From Candidatus Multivorans sp. (lineage in GTDB: Bacteria; Acidobacteriota; Thermoanaerobaculia; Multivoradales; Multivoraceae): a DNA stretch of 64,000 nt. The stretch covers positions 2,464,001 through 2,528,000 of the forward strand of contig OZ251997.1 of the NCBI GenBank assembly GCA_965247095.1, in the 5' to 3' direction. The notes beneath the pieces are model-generated. The model did not search any database and was not told the origin of the DNA. It saw only the letters and a program-made list of their open reading frames with translations. The translations under genes were made by a program, and so were the position numbers. Positions 9,123-20,469 of this stretch are shown one piece after another; positions within the stretch are counted from its first letter, which is position 1; every line of letters begins with the position of its first letter.

Positions 9123-10487
9123 ATGAAGCACCGTCTCTCCATCCTCGTTCCCGGCCTCGTGCTCCTCGCCAGCGCGGTCGTCGCGGCGCCGGCAGCCAAC
9201 AACGCGGCAGATCCCTCTACGGTGACCTGGTCGGACCACGTCGCTCCGATCCTGCACGAGAACTGCGTGAGTTGTCATCGACCCGGACAGACGGCGCCCA
9301 TGTCGCTCTTGACCTACGACGAGACCCGCCCCTGGGCGAAGTCGATCCGCCGGGTCGTCACCGAGCGCTCCATGCCACCGTGGTTCGCGAGCCCGGAGCA
9401 CGGGGAGTTCGTGGAGGACCCGAGCCTCACCGACGCCGAGATCGAGACGTTGAGCCGTTGGGTGGCCGCGGGCGCTCCGTCCGGTGACCTCTCACAGGCG
9501 CCGGCGCCTCCCAGCTTCTCTTCGGACTGGAAGCTCGGTACGCCGGACGCCGTCTACACGGGACCGGAGTTCCAGGTCTCCGACGACATCGAGGATCACT
9601 ACGAGTGGCTCCAGGTGGACAACCCGGTCAACGAAGAACGCTGGATCAAGGCGATCGAGATCCACCCCGGGTTCGTCGAAGCGGTGCATCACCAGTTGAC
9701 CTACCTCGCGCCGCCCGACGCCACACTCGCCGGCGTACAGAGCCGGACGGGAAGTCTGGACCTCACCTTCGTGAGCGGCTGGGGACCCGGTGTTGCGCCG
9801 CTTCAGTTTGCCGAAGGGCACGGGATGCGCATGCCGCCGAACAGCACGCTGCTCTTCCAGATGCACTACCACAAGACTCCGGGCGCGGGCACCGGCGGCA
9901 CCGACCAGACCACCATGGGCCTCTACTTCCACGACGAGAAGCCCGAGAACGTGGTGGAGACGTTGTGGCTGGTGGATCCGGCGCTGAACATTCCGGCGGG
10001 CGACAGCAACTACCAGTCGTGGTCTTCGTACACCACCGAGCACGAGGCGGTGCTCTTCGACTTCACGCCTCACATGCACCTGCGCGGCAAGACGATGAGG
10101 TTCACGGCCGAGTACCCCGACGGCGGGAAGGACATTCTGCTCGACGTACCGAAGTACGACTTCAACTGGCAGCTCACCTACACGCCGACAGAGCCCAAGG
10201 TGATTCCAGCCGGCACGACCATTCGCGTCGACGCTACGTTCGACAACTCGGCCGACAACCTGGCGAACCCCGATCCGACGGCGGACGTGATGTGGGGCGA
10301 GGCGACGACCGACGAGATGATGGTCGGCTTCATCCACTACACGTTCACCGACACGAGCCGGCAGACCGACATGCCCACCTTCATCGTGCCCGATGCGCTG
10401 AAGGTGCAGATGCAGCAACTGCGCGAGTTCCGGCAGAAGCAGAAGGAAGCGAAAGCAGCGGCCACTGAGAGCAGCGGCGGTCGCTGA
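9123..10487 (+). CDS. Secreted cytochrome c / copper monooxygenase (PHM-like) domain protein
   Basis: Signal peptide, CVSCH heme motif, VHH, QMHY, PHMHLRGK, YDFNWQ, DEMM. Confidence 0.85.
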   Translation: MKHRLSILVPGLVLLASAVVAAPAANNAADPSTVTWSDHVAPILHENCVSCHRPGQTAPMSLLTYDETRPWAKSIRRVVTERSMPPWFASPEHGEFVEDPSLTDAEIETLSRWVAAGAPSGDLSQAPAPPSFSSDWKLGTPDAVYTGPEFQVSDDIEDHYEWLQVDNPVNEERWIKAIEIHPGFVEAVHHQLTYLAPPDATLAGVQSRTGSLDLTFVSGWGPGVAPLQFAEGHGMRMPPNSTLLFQMHYHKTPGAGTGGTDQTTMGLYFHDEKPENVVETLWLVDPALNIPAGDSNYQSWSSYTTEHEAVLFDFTPHMHLRGKTMRFTAEYPDGGKDILLDVPKYDFNWQLTYTPTEPKVIPAGTTIRVDATFDNSADNLANPDPTADVMWGEATTDEMMVGFIHYTFTDTSRQTDMPTFIVPDALKVQMQQLREFRQKQKEAKAAATESSGGR

Positions 10488-10552
10488 TTCCGTCGGCCGT
10501 CAGGTAGCGAGAGGCGACGCGCTCAGCGACGCCTGCGGCGGGCCCGGCGACG

Positions 10553-10880
10553 TCAGTCGTCCAGTACGCCATAGGTCCCGTCGAGAATCAGGCGAACGGA
10601 TACGAACAGCCCTACCAGGGGACGAGTATCCACACCGAGTTGGGCGCCCACACCCAGACCCATCGCTCCACCCTGCCGAGGGATTCGTGTCCCTTGGCCA
10701 CGTAGAAGCTCACCATGTAGAGCGAGCTCACGTAGACCCATTGCCAGAACAGCGCAATATCGCCGCCTGGGCGTCAACGGTCAGGGTGCGGCGCGAAGTG
10801 AATCCCCAGCGGAGGTTCACCAGGCCGCTCAAGACCAGCCGATGCCGCTCGTGGTCGTCGGCGTTGAGCCCTGACGTGGC
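10553..10880 (-). pseudogene. Degraded membrane-protein remnant (possibly TauE/SafE-like)
   Basis: Hydrophobic fragments GGAMGLGVGAQLG...GLFVSVRLILDG* in shifting frames. Confidence 0.3.
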
Positions 10881-10943
10881 CGACTTCGGCCTTTCCGCAC
10901 GGACCACCGCTAACATTTACTCATATGCGCTAAGAATTGTCCC

Positions 10944-10972
10944 TTGACTGCCAAGGTGTACCCCCCTAACGT
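10944..10972 (+). promoter_or_regulatory. Sigma70-like promoter of the TonB receptor
   Basis: TTGACT-17-TAACGT upstream of GAGGG RBS and ATG 11010. Confidence 0.55.
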
Positions 10973-11009
10973 AGCCGCCGCCCACCAACGTCGTTAGAAA
11001 GAGGGAAGT

Positions 11010-13829
11010 ATGAAGTCATCTCCTAGTTCCACCGCGATGAGTCTTCTCGCCTTGGCCATCCTGGTCCTTGTGGCAGCGACGGCGGCCTACGCCCAGAACG
11101 TCGGAACGGTACGCGGAACGGTGCGCTCGCCGGATGGCGACGCGCTGCCAGGAGTGCTGGTACAGGTGACGGGCGACGTTGTGCGTGGTGAGCGCACTTC
11201 GATGACCGGCGCCACCGGCGAGTGGTTGATCCCCGGGCTCCCGCCGGGGACGGTGACCGTGACCGCGACCCTCGAAGGGCTGGACACCGAGACGGTCGAA
11301 GGGGTGCGCGTCTCCATCTCCGGCGTCGCCAGCGTCAACTTGACGATGCGTCCCGAGCAACTCGAAGAGGCGATCACGGTGACCTCGGAGGCGCCGGTCC
11401 TCGATGTGACGAGCTCCTCGGCCAGCGTCAGCTACTCCGAAGATCTCATCGATGCGAAGCCGACGACCCAGCGCAACTTCCAGGAGCTCGCCCTGATGGC
11501 CCCCGGCATGAGCATGCCCGGTCGCCTCGGAAACGTCGGCGCCTACGCGGGGCACCCCACGGCCTACGGTCGAGATCAAGCCTCGGTGGCCTGGAACGTC
11601 GATGGACTCGACGGCAGCTTCCCGGACAACGGCAACATCTTCGGTGGCTGGACCGATCCCGACACCATCGCGGAAGTCCAGGTTCTCGGCGTCGGCGCCC
11701 CGGCGGAGTACGGCAACATGACGGCAGCCGCGGTCAACGTCGTCTCCAAGTCGGGAACCAACACCTTCCACGGGCGCTTTTCCCACACCGGTGAGTTCGA
11801 GAACACCACCTCCACGGGACCCAGGACCGAGAACGCGGCCGGGGAAGAGCAGGGCTTCATGAGAGACACCTTCGAGAACAACAGCCTGTGGGCGGGCGGG
11901 CCATTGAAGAGGGACAAGCTGTTCTTCTTCGCCGCGGCCACGACCAAGGAAGACCTGCTGATCGAGCCGGGCGAGATTGCGGATTTCATCCGCAGCGACA
12001 AAGCCACGCACACCAGCCTGAAGCTCGACTGGTCGATCAATGACTCGAATACGCTGACGGCTCACGGCCGCCACGAGGACCTGGAGATCCACTCGGGCGG
12101 CTCTGGCACCCTCAAGACGAACCCGGGCGCCTTCAGCCGCGAGTTCGAGGAGGTCCCCTATTGGCGCATCGGCTTTCAGTCGGTGGTAGGTAGCAACACC
12201 GTGCTCGAGGCCAACTTCTCCGACACCATCAACAAGGACCGCAACGTCTCGGCGACCGGCAGCCTGGAGCCGCCCCTCATCGACTACACGACGCCTATTC
12301 CGACACATAGCGGCGGCCCCACCTATCCCTACCTCTACCCCGTGTGGTGGCAGCGCGGCCATGTCAAGGTGACCCACTTCGCCGACGATCTGAACGGCAG
12401 CCACGAGTTCAAATTCGGTTTCCAGTACAGCAATACCGGCGAGCAGGCCGGGGCTGTCTATCCCGGTTTCGGCGGCAAGTACTACTACAAGTTCGGGGCG
12501 AACTACTACCAATACTCCCGCGCCGCGCACTACTACGGCGGCGACTCGGAGGCTATCGGGGTCTACGTGGACGACTCGTGGCGCATCACCGACAGGCTGA
12601 CGCTGCATCTCGGCGTACGCGCCGACCAGGACAAGGGCGAGATTCCCTCTGAACCGATCCTCGAGTCCTACCTCTGTAGTGAGCTCAACTGCGGCGTGAC
12701 CACCGGAGAGTTCACGCCCTTCTATGGCGACGTCATCGACTATTCGAGCGTCGACCCGCGTCTCGGGATCGCCTACCAGGTCGGCGAGGGGGACCGGCAA
12801 GGGGTCCTGCGGGCTTCCGTCGGCAGATACCACGAGATGAACGTCGTTTCCATGTGGAACCAGCCGCACCCCAACCGGCCGTCCGCGCACTTCGGCTACA
12901 GCCCCAACCGCTACGGCCCCTTCACCGTCTTCAACACGGTCGACAACGACGACTTCGATCTACCGGTCAAGGGGATGAAGCGGCCGCAGACCGACGAGTT
13001 CGCCCTCGGCTACGAACAGCAGCTCGGTGAGTACGCCCTCGGTGCTCAGCTCGTCGTCACCGACACGACCGACCTGATCGGCTGGCAGATCCAGGGCGAC
13101 GGCCTCTACGAGGATGTTCCCTACGTCAACCCCTTGACGGGCGAGACGATCACGCTCAAGAACCTCGTCACACAGCCGACCCTGCGCAAGGCCAACGACC
13201 CCGGCGCGGCGGCCAACGTCCCACCGGGAACGAAGTTCGAGCAGGATTACACTGGCGTTTTTCTCACCTTCCGCAAGCGCCACACCGGCCGCTGGTCTCT
13301 CGACTCGTCGCTGGGCTGGTCGGAGTCGAAGGGAGTGCAGCCTCGTCCGCTCAACCAGAACGGGAACAATGCCTTCTACACCAGCTCGGAAGGCAGGGAT
13401 CCCAACCATCATCTCTACCAGGGAGGCTTCTCCCAGGGCGACCGGCCGTGGGTGTTTCGGGCTCAGGGAATGGTCGACCTGCCCTGGCAGCTCAAGGCGG
13501 CCGGCGTTCTCAACTATGAGCAAGGCCGCCCGTGGCGGCACTCGGCGCGCGTACGCCTGGACCAGGGCGTGGTGCAAGTGCCCCTCGAGCCGTACACCGG
13601 CGACCGCCGCATGCCGGACAAGACCTTCATCGACCTCGCTCTGTCGCGGCAGTTCCCGCTCGGCGATCGCGTCAAGCTCGGCGTCGACCTGCAGTTGATG
13701 AACATCTTGAACGACGACGGCTTCTACTACTGGTCAAACGCAAGCCTGGGGCGCTATCCCAGGGAACCCGTACCCAACCTCTACTACCTGCCCCGGCGGA
13801 TGTCGCTGCGAATCAGTTTGCGGTTCTAG
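11010..13829 (+). CDS. TonB-dependent receptor (Oar-like, carboxypeptidase-regulatory N-domain)
   Basis: Signal; G.V.GTV...G..LPGV.V; APAEYG...VNVVSKSGTN.FHG; DPRLGIAY; C-terminal F. Confidence 0.92.
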   Translation: MKSSPSSTAMSLLALAILVLVAATAAYAQNVGTVRGTVRSPDGDALPGVLVQVTGDVVRGERTSMTGATGEWLIPGLPPGTVTVTATLEGLDTETVEGVRVSISGVASVNLTMRPEQLEEAITVTSEAPVLDVTSSSASVSYSEDLIDAKPTTQRNFQELALMAPGMSMPGRLGNVGAYAGHPTAYGRDQASVAWNVDGLDGSFPDNGNIFGGWTDPDTIAEVQVLGVGAPAEYGNMTAAAVNVVSKSGTNTFHGRFSHTGEFENTTSTGPRTENAAGEEQGFMRDTFENNSLWAGGPLKRDKLFFFAAATTKEDLLIEPGEIADFIRSDKATHTSLKLDWSINDSNTLTAHGRHEDLEIHSGGSGTLKTNPGAFSREFEEVPYWRIGFQSVVGSNTVLEANFSDTINKDRNVSATGSLEPPLIDYTTPIPTHSGGPTYPYLYPVWWQRGHVKVTHFADDLNGSHEFKFGFQYSNTGEQAGAVYPGFGGKYYYKFGANYYQYSRAAHYYGGDSEAIGVYVDDSWRITDRLTLHLGVRADQDKGEIPSEPILESYLCSELNCGVTTGEFTPFYGDVIDYSSVDPRLGIAYQVGEGDRQGVLRASVGRYHEMNVVSMWNQPHPNRPSAHFGYSPNRYGPFTVFNTVDNDDFDLPVKGMKRPQTDEFALGYEQQLGEYALGAQLVVTDTTDLIGWQIQGDGLYEDVPYVNPLTGETITLKNLVTQPTLRKANDPGAAANVPPGTKFEQDYTGVFLTFRKRHTGRWSLDSSLGWSESKGVQPRPLNQNGNNAFYTSSEGRDPNHHLYQGGFSQGDRPWVFRAQGMVDLPWQLKAAGVLNYEQGRPWRHSARVRLDQGVVQVPLEPYTGDRRMPDKTFIDLALSRQFPLGDRVKLGVDLQLMNILNDDGFYYWSNASLGRYPREPVPNLYYLPRRMSLRISLRF

Positions 13830-13874
13830 TTCGTCGCTTCGGGAACAGGCGTCGGACCACAGCGACTACTGTCC

Positions 13875-14872
13875 TTGGCAGGTCGTGGCGTCCTGCTGGT
13901 CTGGGCTCTCGCCATGCCCCTCCAGGCCCAGCCGGACGGCGCGAGTCCGGACGAGCCGGCGGAACTGATCGCCAGGATCGAAGCGCCGCGCCAGCCGGGG
14001 TCGAGCGACGATGCCGGCAAGAGCCTCGCCGAACTCATGGAGACGCACGGCATCCCGGCACTCAGCCTCGCGGTCGTCGAGGACTACCGGCTGACTTGGG
14101 CCAAGGCCTACGGCGTAGCAGACGAAACAACCGGCGCCCGTGCCGACGTCGAGACTCTCTTCCAGGCCGCGTCGATCAGCAAGCCGCTGTCGGCCATGGC
14201 AGTTCTCCGAGCTGTTCAGGATGGACTCTTCGAGCTCGACGACGACATCAATTCGGTCCTTCGCTCCTGGCCGCTCGATGACGACGCCGAGCTGCTCGAA
14301 GAGATGCCGGTGACTCCACGGATGCTGCTGAGCATGACGGCGGGCACTACGGTCTCGGGGTTCCCCGGCTACAAGCCCGGCGCCGAGCTGCCGAGTCTCC
14401 CTGAGATCCTCGGACGTGAGGGTCAGACGACCCGCGCAAACACCGAGCCGGTGGTCGTTTCCTGGCAACCCGGCACGCGCTACGAGTACTCCGGAGGCGG
14501 TTCGACGATCCTGCAACTCGCTCTGAGCGACGTTCGGGAACGACCCTTTGAGGAGATCCTCCAGGAGACGATCCTCGAGCCACTCGACATGACACGCAGT
14601 TGCTACTGCCAACCGCTGCCGGCTGCACTCGAAGTGAACACGGCGCGCGCGGGCGGGTCGGACGCAGGCCAGGTCGGGGACGAGGGAGGGCCGTCTGCGA
14701 AATGGCAGGTGTACCCGGAGCTCTACGCCGCGGGGCTGTGGACGACCCCGACCGACCTGGCCAGGTTCCTGATCGAGGTCCAGCTCTCCCTGGAAGGCCG
14801 CTCGAACAGGATCCTGAGTACGGAGTTCACCCGAAAGATGGTGACGCCCGGAGGCGTTGGCCACTACGCCCT
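13875..14872 (+). pseudogene. Beta-lactamase-family serine hydrolase, C-terminally truncated and fused
   Basis: FQAASISK (SxxK), PG.RYEYS, AAGLWTTPTDLARF; lacks the HxG C-terminal region. Confidence 0.85.
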
Positions 14873-15365
14873 CGCGCGGGTCGCAGCGCGCTTTGGCGGT
14901 TTCCACGTCAGTCACATGCGCGAGGAAGGCCTCGAACTCCTCGCCGCGGTCGAGGAGACCATCCGCATCGGCGAAGATGGCGGCTTGCCGACCCAACTGA
15001 CGCATCACAAGGTTGTCGGCGCTCCCATGTGGGGCGCCAGCGAACGATCGCTGGCCCTCGTCGACGCGGCGCGGACAAGGGGCGTCGATGTGACGATCGA
15101 CCAGTACCCGTACACGGCCTCGAGTACCTCGCTCTCGATTCTCTTTCCTGCCTCGGCCTTGCGGATCGCGGTCGTCTGGGGATAGGCGGCGCGGCCGACA
15201 TTGCCGTCTTCGCCATAGACGAAGTCGATGACCCCGCCGCATTCGGCGATCCGCACCACTACGCGAAGGGCGCGCGGCATGTGCTCGTGGGCGGTGTCTT
15301 CGTTCTGCTCGAGGGTGAGGTCACGGGCGCCCGGCCGGGACGTGCGCTGCGGCGAGACGGCTCCG
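14873..15365 (+). pseudogene. N-acyl-D-amino-acid deacylase fragments (middle and C-terminus)
   Basis: SHMREEG, QLTHHK, DVTIDQYPYTASST; then LGLADRGRL..G.AADI.VF...HVLV.G...TGARPGR.LR. Confidence 0.85.
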
Positions 15366-15377
15366 GGCGCAGCAGCG

Positions 15378-15715
15378 ATGAGCTGCCCAGGGTCCACATC
15401 CTGGCGACCGGCGGCACAATCGCCAGTGCGCCTGAGAAGACGCTGACCGCATCCAATCTCGTCGAGGCGATGCCCGAGCTGGCTCGCGTAGCGGCGGTGA
15501 CCGGTGAGGACTGGAGTGCCATCGGCAGCTCTCAAGATGACGCCGGAGCTCCAGTTCTCGCTGGCGCAGCGCGTGAACGAACTCTTGGCGGGCGACACCT
15601 CGCTCAGCGGGGTCGTGATCACCCACGGCACCGATTCGCTCGAGGAAACCGAGTTCCTCGTCGATCTCCTGGTGGCGGACCCACGCCCGGTCGTGTTCGC
15701 CGCGGCGCAACGCTC
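15378..15715 (+). pseudogene. L-asparaginase N-terminal fragment, frameshifted
   Basis: ILATGGTIAS and VITHGTDSLEET motifs in different frames; truncated after RPVVFAAAQR. Confidence 0.85.
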
Positions 15716-15769
15716 CCCGCAGCGAGCGCGCCGGCCGCCGCTTCAGGTAGAAGACGCCGTCGTGGCGCT

Positions 15770-16265
15770 TCATCGTTTCGTAGCCTGCGACCATCGTCAC
15801 TGGATTGCCGTTGTAGGTGCCACCGTGGTGAACGAGTTCGCCGTCGCGGTGATCGAAGACGGACATCACTTCGGCCTTTCCGGCGACCGCACCGACGGGG
15901 AAGCCACCTCCGATGATCTTGCCGAGGGCTACCAGATCCGGCTCGATACCCAAGAGATGGCAGGCTCCGCGGTAGTCGATGCGAAACGAGAGAACCTCAT
16001 CCGCGATCAACAGAGCGCCGCACTCCCTCGTCTTGGCTCGCAGTGCCGACACGAACTCGGTGCTGGGCGGTATCAGCCCGAGCGCGGCGGGCAGAGGATC
16101 CAGGAGCACGGCTGCCAGATCGTCGCGGTGCTCGTCGATCAGATCGCTGCAGACCTCGATGTTGTTGAGCGGCAACGTCACGACATCCTTTTTAAGGCTT
16201 TTCGCCATGCTCGGTTCGAGCGTTGTTGCAGGCTTTTCCAAGTCACCCCAGTTCTTGGGGCGCGC
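15770..16265 (-). pseudogene. Class III (GSA-like) aminotransferase internal fragment
   Basis: LLIADEV.SFR, PDLVALGKIIGGGFPVGA, HGGTYNGNP. Confidence 0.85.
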
Positions 16266-16269
16266 GCCG

Positions 16270-18960
16270 CTGAGACCGACCCCGCCGATCTTGAGTTCTT
16301 CGAGTCGAAGATCAGGCCGGTCCTGGCCGAGCGCTGTTACGAGTGTCACGGCGGCGATCCGAAGAAGATCCGCGGCGGGCTGGTTCTACTCGATGCCGAG
16401 GGGCTGCGCGCCGGCGGCGACAGCGGCGCCGTGATCGTGCCCGGATCGCCCGAGGACAGCCTGCTCATCGAGGCGCTCCACTACGAGGGGCTCACGCAGA
16501 TGCCGCCCGACGGCAAGCTGCCGCAGCAGGTCATCGCCGACTTCGAGCTGTGGATCCGCCGCGGCGCTCCCGATCCGCGCACCGGCGTCGAGCGGACGGC
16601 GATCGCAGCGAGCCGGCCAGCCGAGTCGTTCGACTACACCGCCGGCCGCGAGCATTGGGCCTACCGCCGGATCGCAGATCCCGCACCGCCCGAGGTCGAG
16701 AACGAGGCGTGGATCAGCCGGCCGATCGACCGCTTCATCCTGGCGCGACTCGAGGAGAAGGGCCTTGCGCCAGTGGCCGCGGCCGACAAACCCACCCTGC
16801 TCCGCCGCGCCACCTTCGATCTCATCGGCTTGGCCCCGTCGGAAGCCGAGATCGAAGATTTCCTCGCCGACCAGGGCCCCGACGCCTTCGGCAGGGTCGT
16901 CGACCGGCTCCTCGCCTCGCCGCACTACGGCGAGCGCTGGGGCCGCCATTGGCTCGACATCGCCCGCTATGCCGACTCGAACGGCCTTGACGAGAACATG
17001 GCCTTCCGCAACGCGTTCCGCTAGCGCGACTACGTCGTCGATTCCTTCAATCGCGACAAGCCCTTCGATCGTTTCGTCCACGAACAGATCGCCGGCGACC
17101 TGATGCCGGCCGAGACGGACGCGCAGCGCTTCGAGCAGATCACCGCCACCGGCTTTCTGATGCTCGGTCCCAAGGTGCTCGCCGAGCAGGATGTCGACAA
17201 GATGCTCATCGACATCGTCGACGAGCAGGTCAACACCGTGGGCCGCGCCTTTCTCGCCCTGCCAGTCGGCTGCGCCCGCTGCCACGACCACAAGTTCGAC
17301 CCCATCCCCACGGCCGACTACTACGCTCTGGCCGGCATCCTGCGCTCCACCGAGACCATGAGCGACGCCGGCGCCATGCGTTGGCTGGAGCGGCCCCTGG
17401 CCCCGGAAGAGGCGATCGCCCGGTACGAGGCGGCGCAGGAACTCGTTGCCGAGGCGCGAGAGAAGGTCGACGAGGTGGTCCGGGAGCACAACGACGTCCT
17501 GCGCCGTCCGCGCCGCGCTGCCGTCGCCCGGTATCTGCTGGCCGCTGAGGAGGCCTACCCGAGCTGGAGCGATGACGCAGCGAACCAGGAGAGGGCCAGG
17601 GAGACCATCGCCCGAGTCGCCCGGAGCCGAGACCTGGAACCGGCGGTACTCGAGCGCTGGGTCAGGGCCTTCTACCGCTACCGGGAGGGCCCGCCGGTCC
17701 AGGGGGACGGCGCGAACCCGAGTGTCGTCTTCGTGATCTGGAACGCCTACGCCGCCGCAACTCCTGATCGCTACGAGCAGGTGACTGAGGAGCTACGGTC
17801 GATGATCGCCTCGGAGAAGGTGCTGACAGCGCCCTTGACCCGGGGCCTGGTGCGCGGGCCGGCGCCGAAGACGTTGGAGGAGGTCGCCTGGCGCTATACC
17901 AGCCTCTTCGCGACGATCGAGATCGCCTGGGAACAGCACCTCATGCGACTCGGGCTCAAGGACGAGGACGAACTCGCGCCCTCGGACTTCGTTCTTCCGA
18001 CCGAGCAGGAGGAGCTGCGGCGGCTGGTCTACCAGGGCTACCTGTGCATTCTCTGCCTCGATCGGGACGAGGAAGAGAAGCTCTACCCGGCAGGGGCATT
18101 GAACCGGCTCGCCGAGTTGCGCGCCGAAGTCGAACGGTTGAAAGAAGCCTCGCCGCCCGAGCCGCCGTACGCCATGGCGGTGGACGAGGGCGCGGTCGTC
18201 GACCTGCCGGTGCACATCCGCGGCAGCCACCTGAACCTCGCGGAGGAACCGGAGCCCTGAGGCTTCCTGAAGGTCACGGACCATCTGGCGCCGCCGCCGC
18301 CGGTGGCCGCCGATGCCAGCGGCCGGCTCGAGCTGGCGCGCTGGATCACCCACCCCGAGCACCCGCTCACCGCACGAGTCATCGTCAACCGCGTCTGGCG
18401 CTGGCACTTCGGCCGCGGCATCGGCGCGACGCCGAGTAATTTCGGCGCCATCGGCAGCGCTCCCACCCATCCCCAGCTCCTCGACTGGCTGGCGCGCCGC
18501 TTCGTCGAAGGCGGTTGGTCGCTGAAGAAGCTGCACCGCGACATCATGCTGTCGAGCACCTATCGACTGTCGACCGACTACGACGCCGGCAACGCCGCCG
18601 TCGACGAGGAGAACCTCCTCCTCTGGCGCATGAACCGCCGACGCCTCGAGATCGAGCCGATCCGCGACGGTGGTGCCGCGGCAGGCCCTCCTGATGATGA
18701 ACAGCCCCCTCGTGGAGGAGGCGGCGCGCGGCTTCGCCGAGCGGCTCCTGGAGATCGAAGACGCGAGCGCCAGCGGGCGCGTTGACACCGCCTTCGTCCG
18801 TGCCTACGGGCGCCCCGCCAGCACCGTCGAGGTCGCCGACAGCCTCGCTTTCCTCGACGAGATGCGAAGCCTTGCGCCGGTAGACGAGGCGGAGATCTAC
18901 GCCTGGACACGGCTATGCCACGTCATTCTTGCGGCGAGCGAATTCATTTACATCAACTAG
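16270..18960 (+). pseudogene. Planctomycete-type cytochrome c / DUF1549 / DUF1553 protein, inactivated
   Basis: FFESKIRPVL..CYECH, HYGERWGRHWLD.ARYADS, CARCHDHKFDPI, HPLTARV.VNRVW..HFG; TAG 17022, TGA 18258, deletion near 18668, no start. Confidence 0.9.
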
Positions 18961-18985
18961 GTTCCAGACCAAGGACTTCCAGACG

Positions 18986-20413
18986 ATGCGGTTCCCCCAC
19001 CACCAGCCGCCGCCTCTCACCCGTCGCCAGATGCTCAAGACCTGCGGCTGCGGCTTCGGCGGCCTGGCGCTCTCCTCCCTGCTGCAACGCGACCTCCTGG
19101 CCGCCACGCCCGGGAACCCGCTGGCGCCCCGCCCGCCGCACTTCGCCCCGAAAGCCAAGCGGATCATCTTTCTGCACATGCACGGCGGGCCGTCCCAGCA
19201 CGACCTCTTCGAGTACAAGCCGCTGCTGGTCCGCGACGACAACAAGCCGCTGCCCTTCGCCAAGCCCCGCGTGCAGTTCAACGAGACCGGCAATCTGTTC
19301 AAGAGCCCCTGGGAGTTCAAGCAGCACGGCCAGTCCGGCGCCTGGGTGAGCGAGCTTCTGCCCAACATCGCTTCGGTGGTCGACGAACTCTGCTTCATCC
19401 GCTCAATGTGGGGCACCAACGCCGCCCACGGCGGCGCGATCCTGGCGATGAACACCGGCAGCGACCGCTTCGTGCGCCCGTCGATGGGCTCGTGGATCGC
19501 CTACGGACTGGGCACCGAGAACGAGAACCTGCCCGGGTTCATCACCGTCTGTCCCTCGTACCAGCACGGCGGCGTGCAGAACTACTCGTCGGCCTTCCTG
19601 CCCGCCGCCTACAACGGCACCGCAATCGGCGCGGCCCGGATGAAGACCGAGGAGGCGACGATCGACTTCCTCGACAACGAGTCGGTCTCGCCGGCGGTGC
19701 AACGGAGCGAGCTCGATCTCCTGCAACGCTGGCAGCGCCGTCAGCTCGAGGAGACCGGCCCCGATCAGGCGCTCGAGGGCCGCATCGAGTCCTTCGAGCT
19801 CGCCTTCCGCATGCAGACCGAGGCGCCCGAACTGATGAGCATCGCCGGCGAGTCCGAGGCGTCCCGGCGGCTCTACGGACTCGACAACCCGGTGACCCGG
19901 AACTTCGGGCGCCGCTGCCTCCTCGCACGGCGCTTCTCGGAGTCGGGCGTGCGTTTCGTGCAGGCGACCCACGGTCCGGACACGAAGTGGGACCACCACT
20001 CGGGCCTCATCACCGGCCTGCCGCAGAGCTGCGCCGAGGTCGACCGGCCGGTGGCGGGCCTGATCAAGGATCTCAAGTCACGAGGACTGCTGGAAGAGAC
20101 CCTGGTGCTCTGGGGCGGCGAGTTCGGTCGGACTCCCGGCGCCGAGGCCGGCGCCCGCAACGGCCGCGACCACAACCCCCACGGCTACACCATGTTCATG
20201 GCCGGCGGCGGCACAAAGCCCGGCCACAGCCACGGCCGCACCGACGACTACGGCTACTACGCCATCGAGGACAAGGTCCACATCCACGACCTCCACGCCA
20301 CGATCCTGCATCTCCTGGGTCTCGATCACGAGCGGCTCACCTACCGCTCCCAGGGGCGCGACTTCCGCCTGACCGACGTCGAGGGCCTGGTCGTCGACAA
20401 GATCATCGCCTGA
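18986..20413 (+). CDS. DUF1501 domain protein
   Basis: RRQML Tat-like start, IFLHM.GGPSQ.DLF.YKP, GEFGRTP, GRDH, RLTDV.G. Confidence 0.92.
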   Translation: MRFPHHQPPPLTRRQMLKTCGCGFGGLALSSLLQRDLLAATPGNPLAPRPPHFAPKAKRIIFLHMHGGPSQHDLFEYKPLLVRDDNKPLPFAKPRVQFNETGNLFKSPWEFKQHGQSGAWVSELLPNIASVVDELCFIRSMWGTNAAHGGAILAMNTGSDRFVRPSMGSWIAYGLGTENENLPGFITVCPSYQHGGVQNYSSAFLPAAYNGTAIGAARMKTEEATIDFLDNESVSPAVQRSELDLLQRWQRRQLEETGPDQALEGRIESFELAFRMQTEAPELMSIAGESEASRRLYGLDNPVTRNFGRRCLLARRFSESGVRFVQATHGPDTKWDHHSGLITGLPQSCAEVDRPVAGLIKDLKSRGLLEETLVLWGGEFGRTPGAEAGARNGRDHNPHGYTMFMAGGGTKPGHSHGRTDDYGYYAIEDKVHIHDLHATILHLLGLDHERLTYRSQGRDFRLTDVEGLVVDKIIA

Positions 20414-20469
20414 GCCCGCGGGCGAGACGCTTGGATCTCGTCGAGGCGACCAAGCTCATTCAGCTCAGC

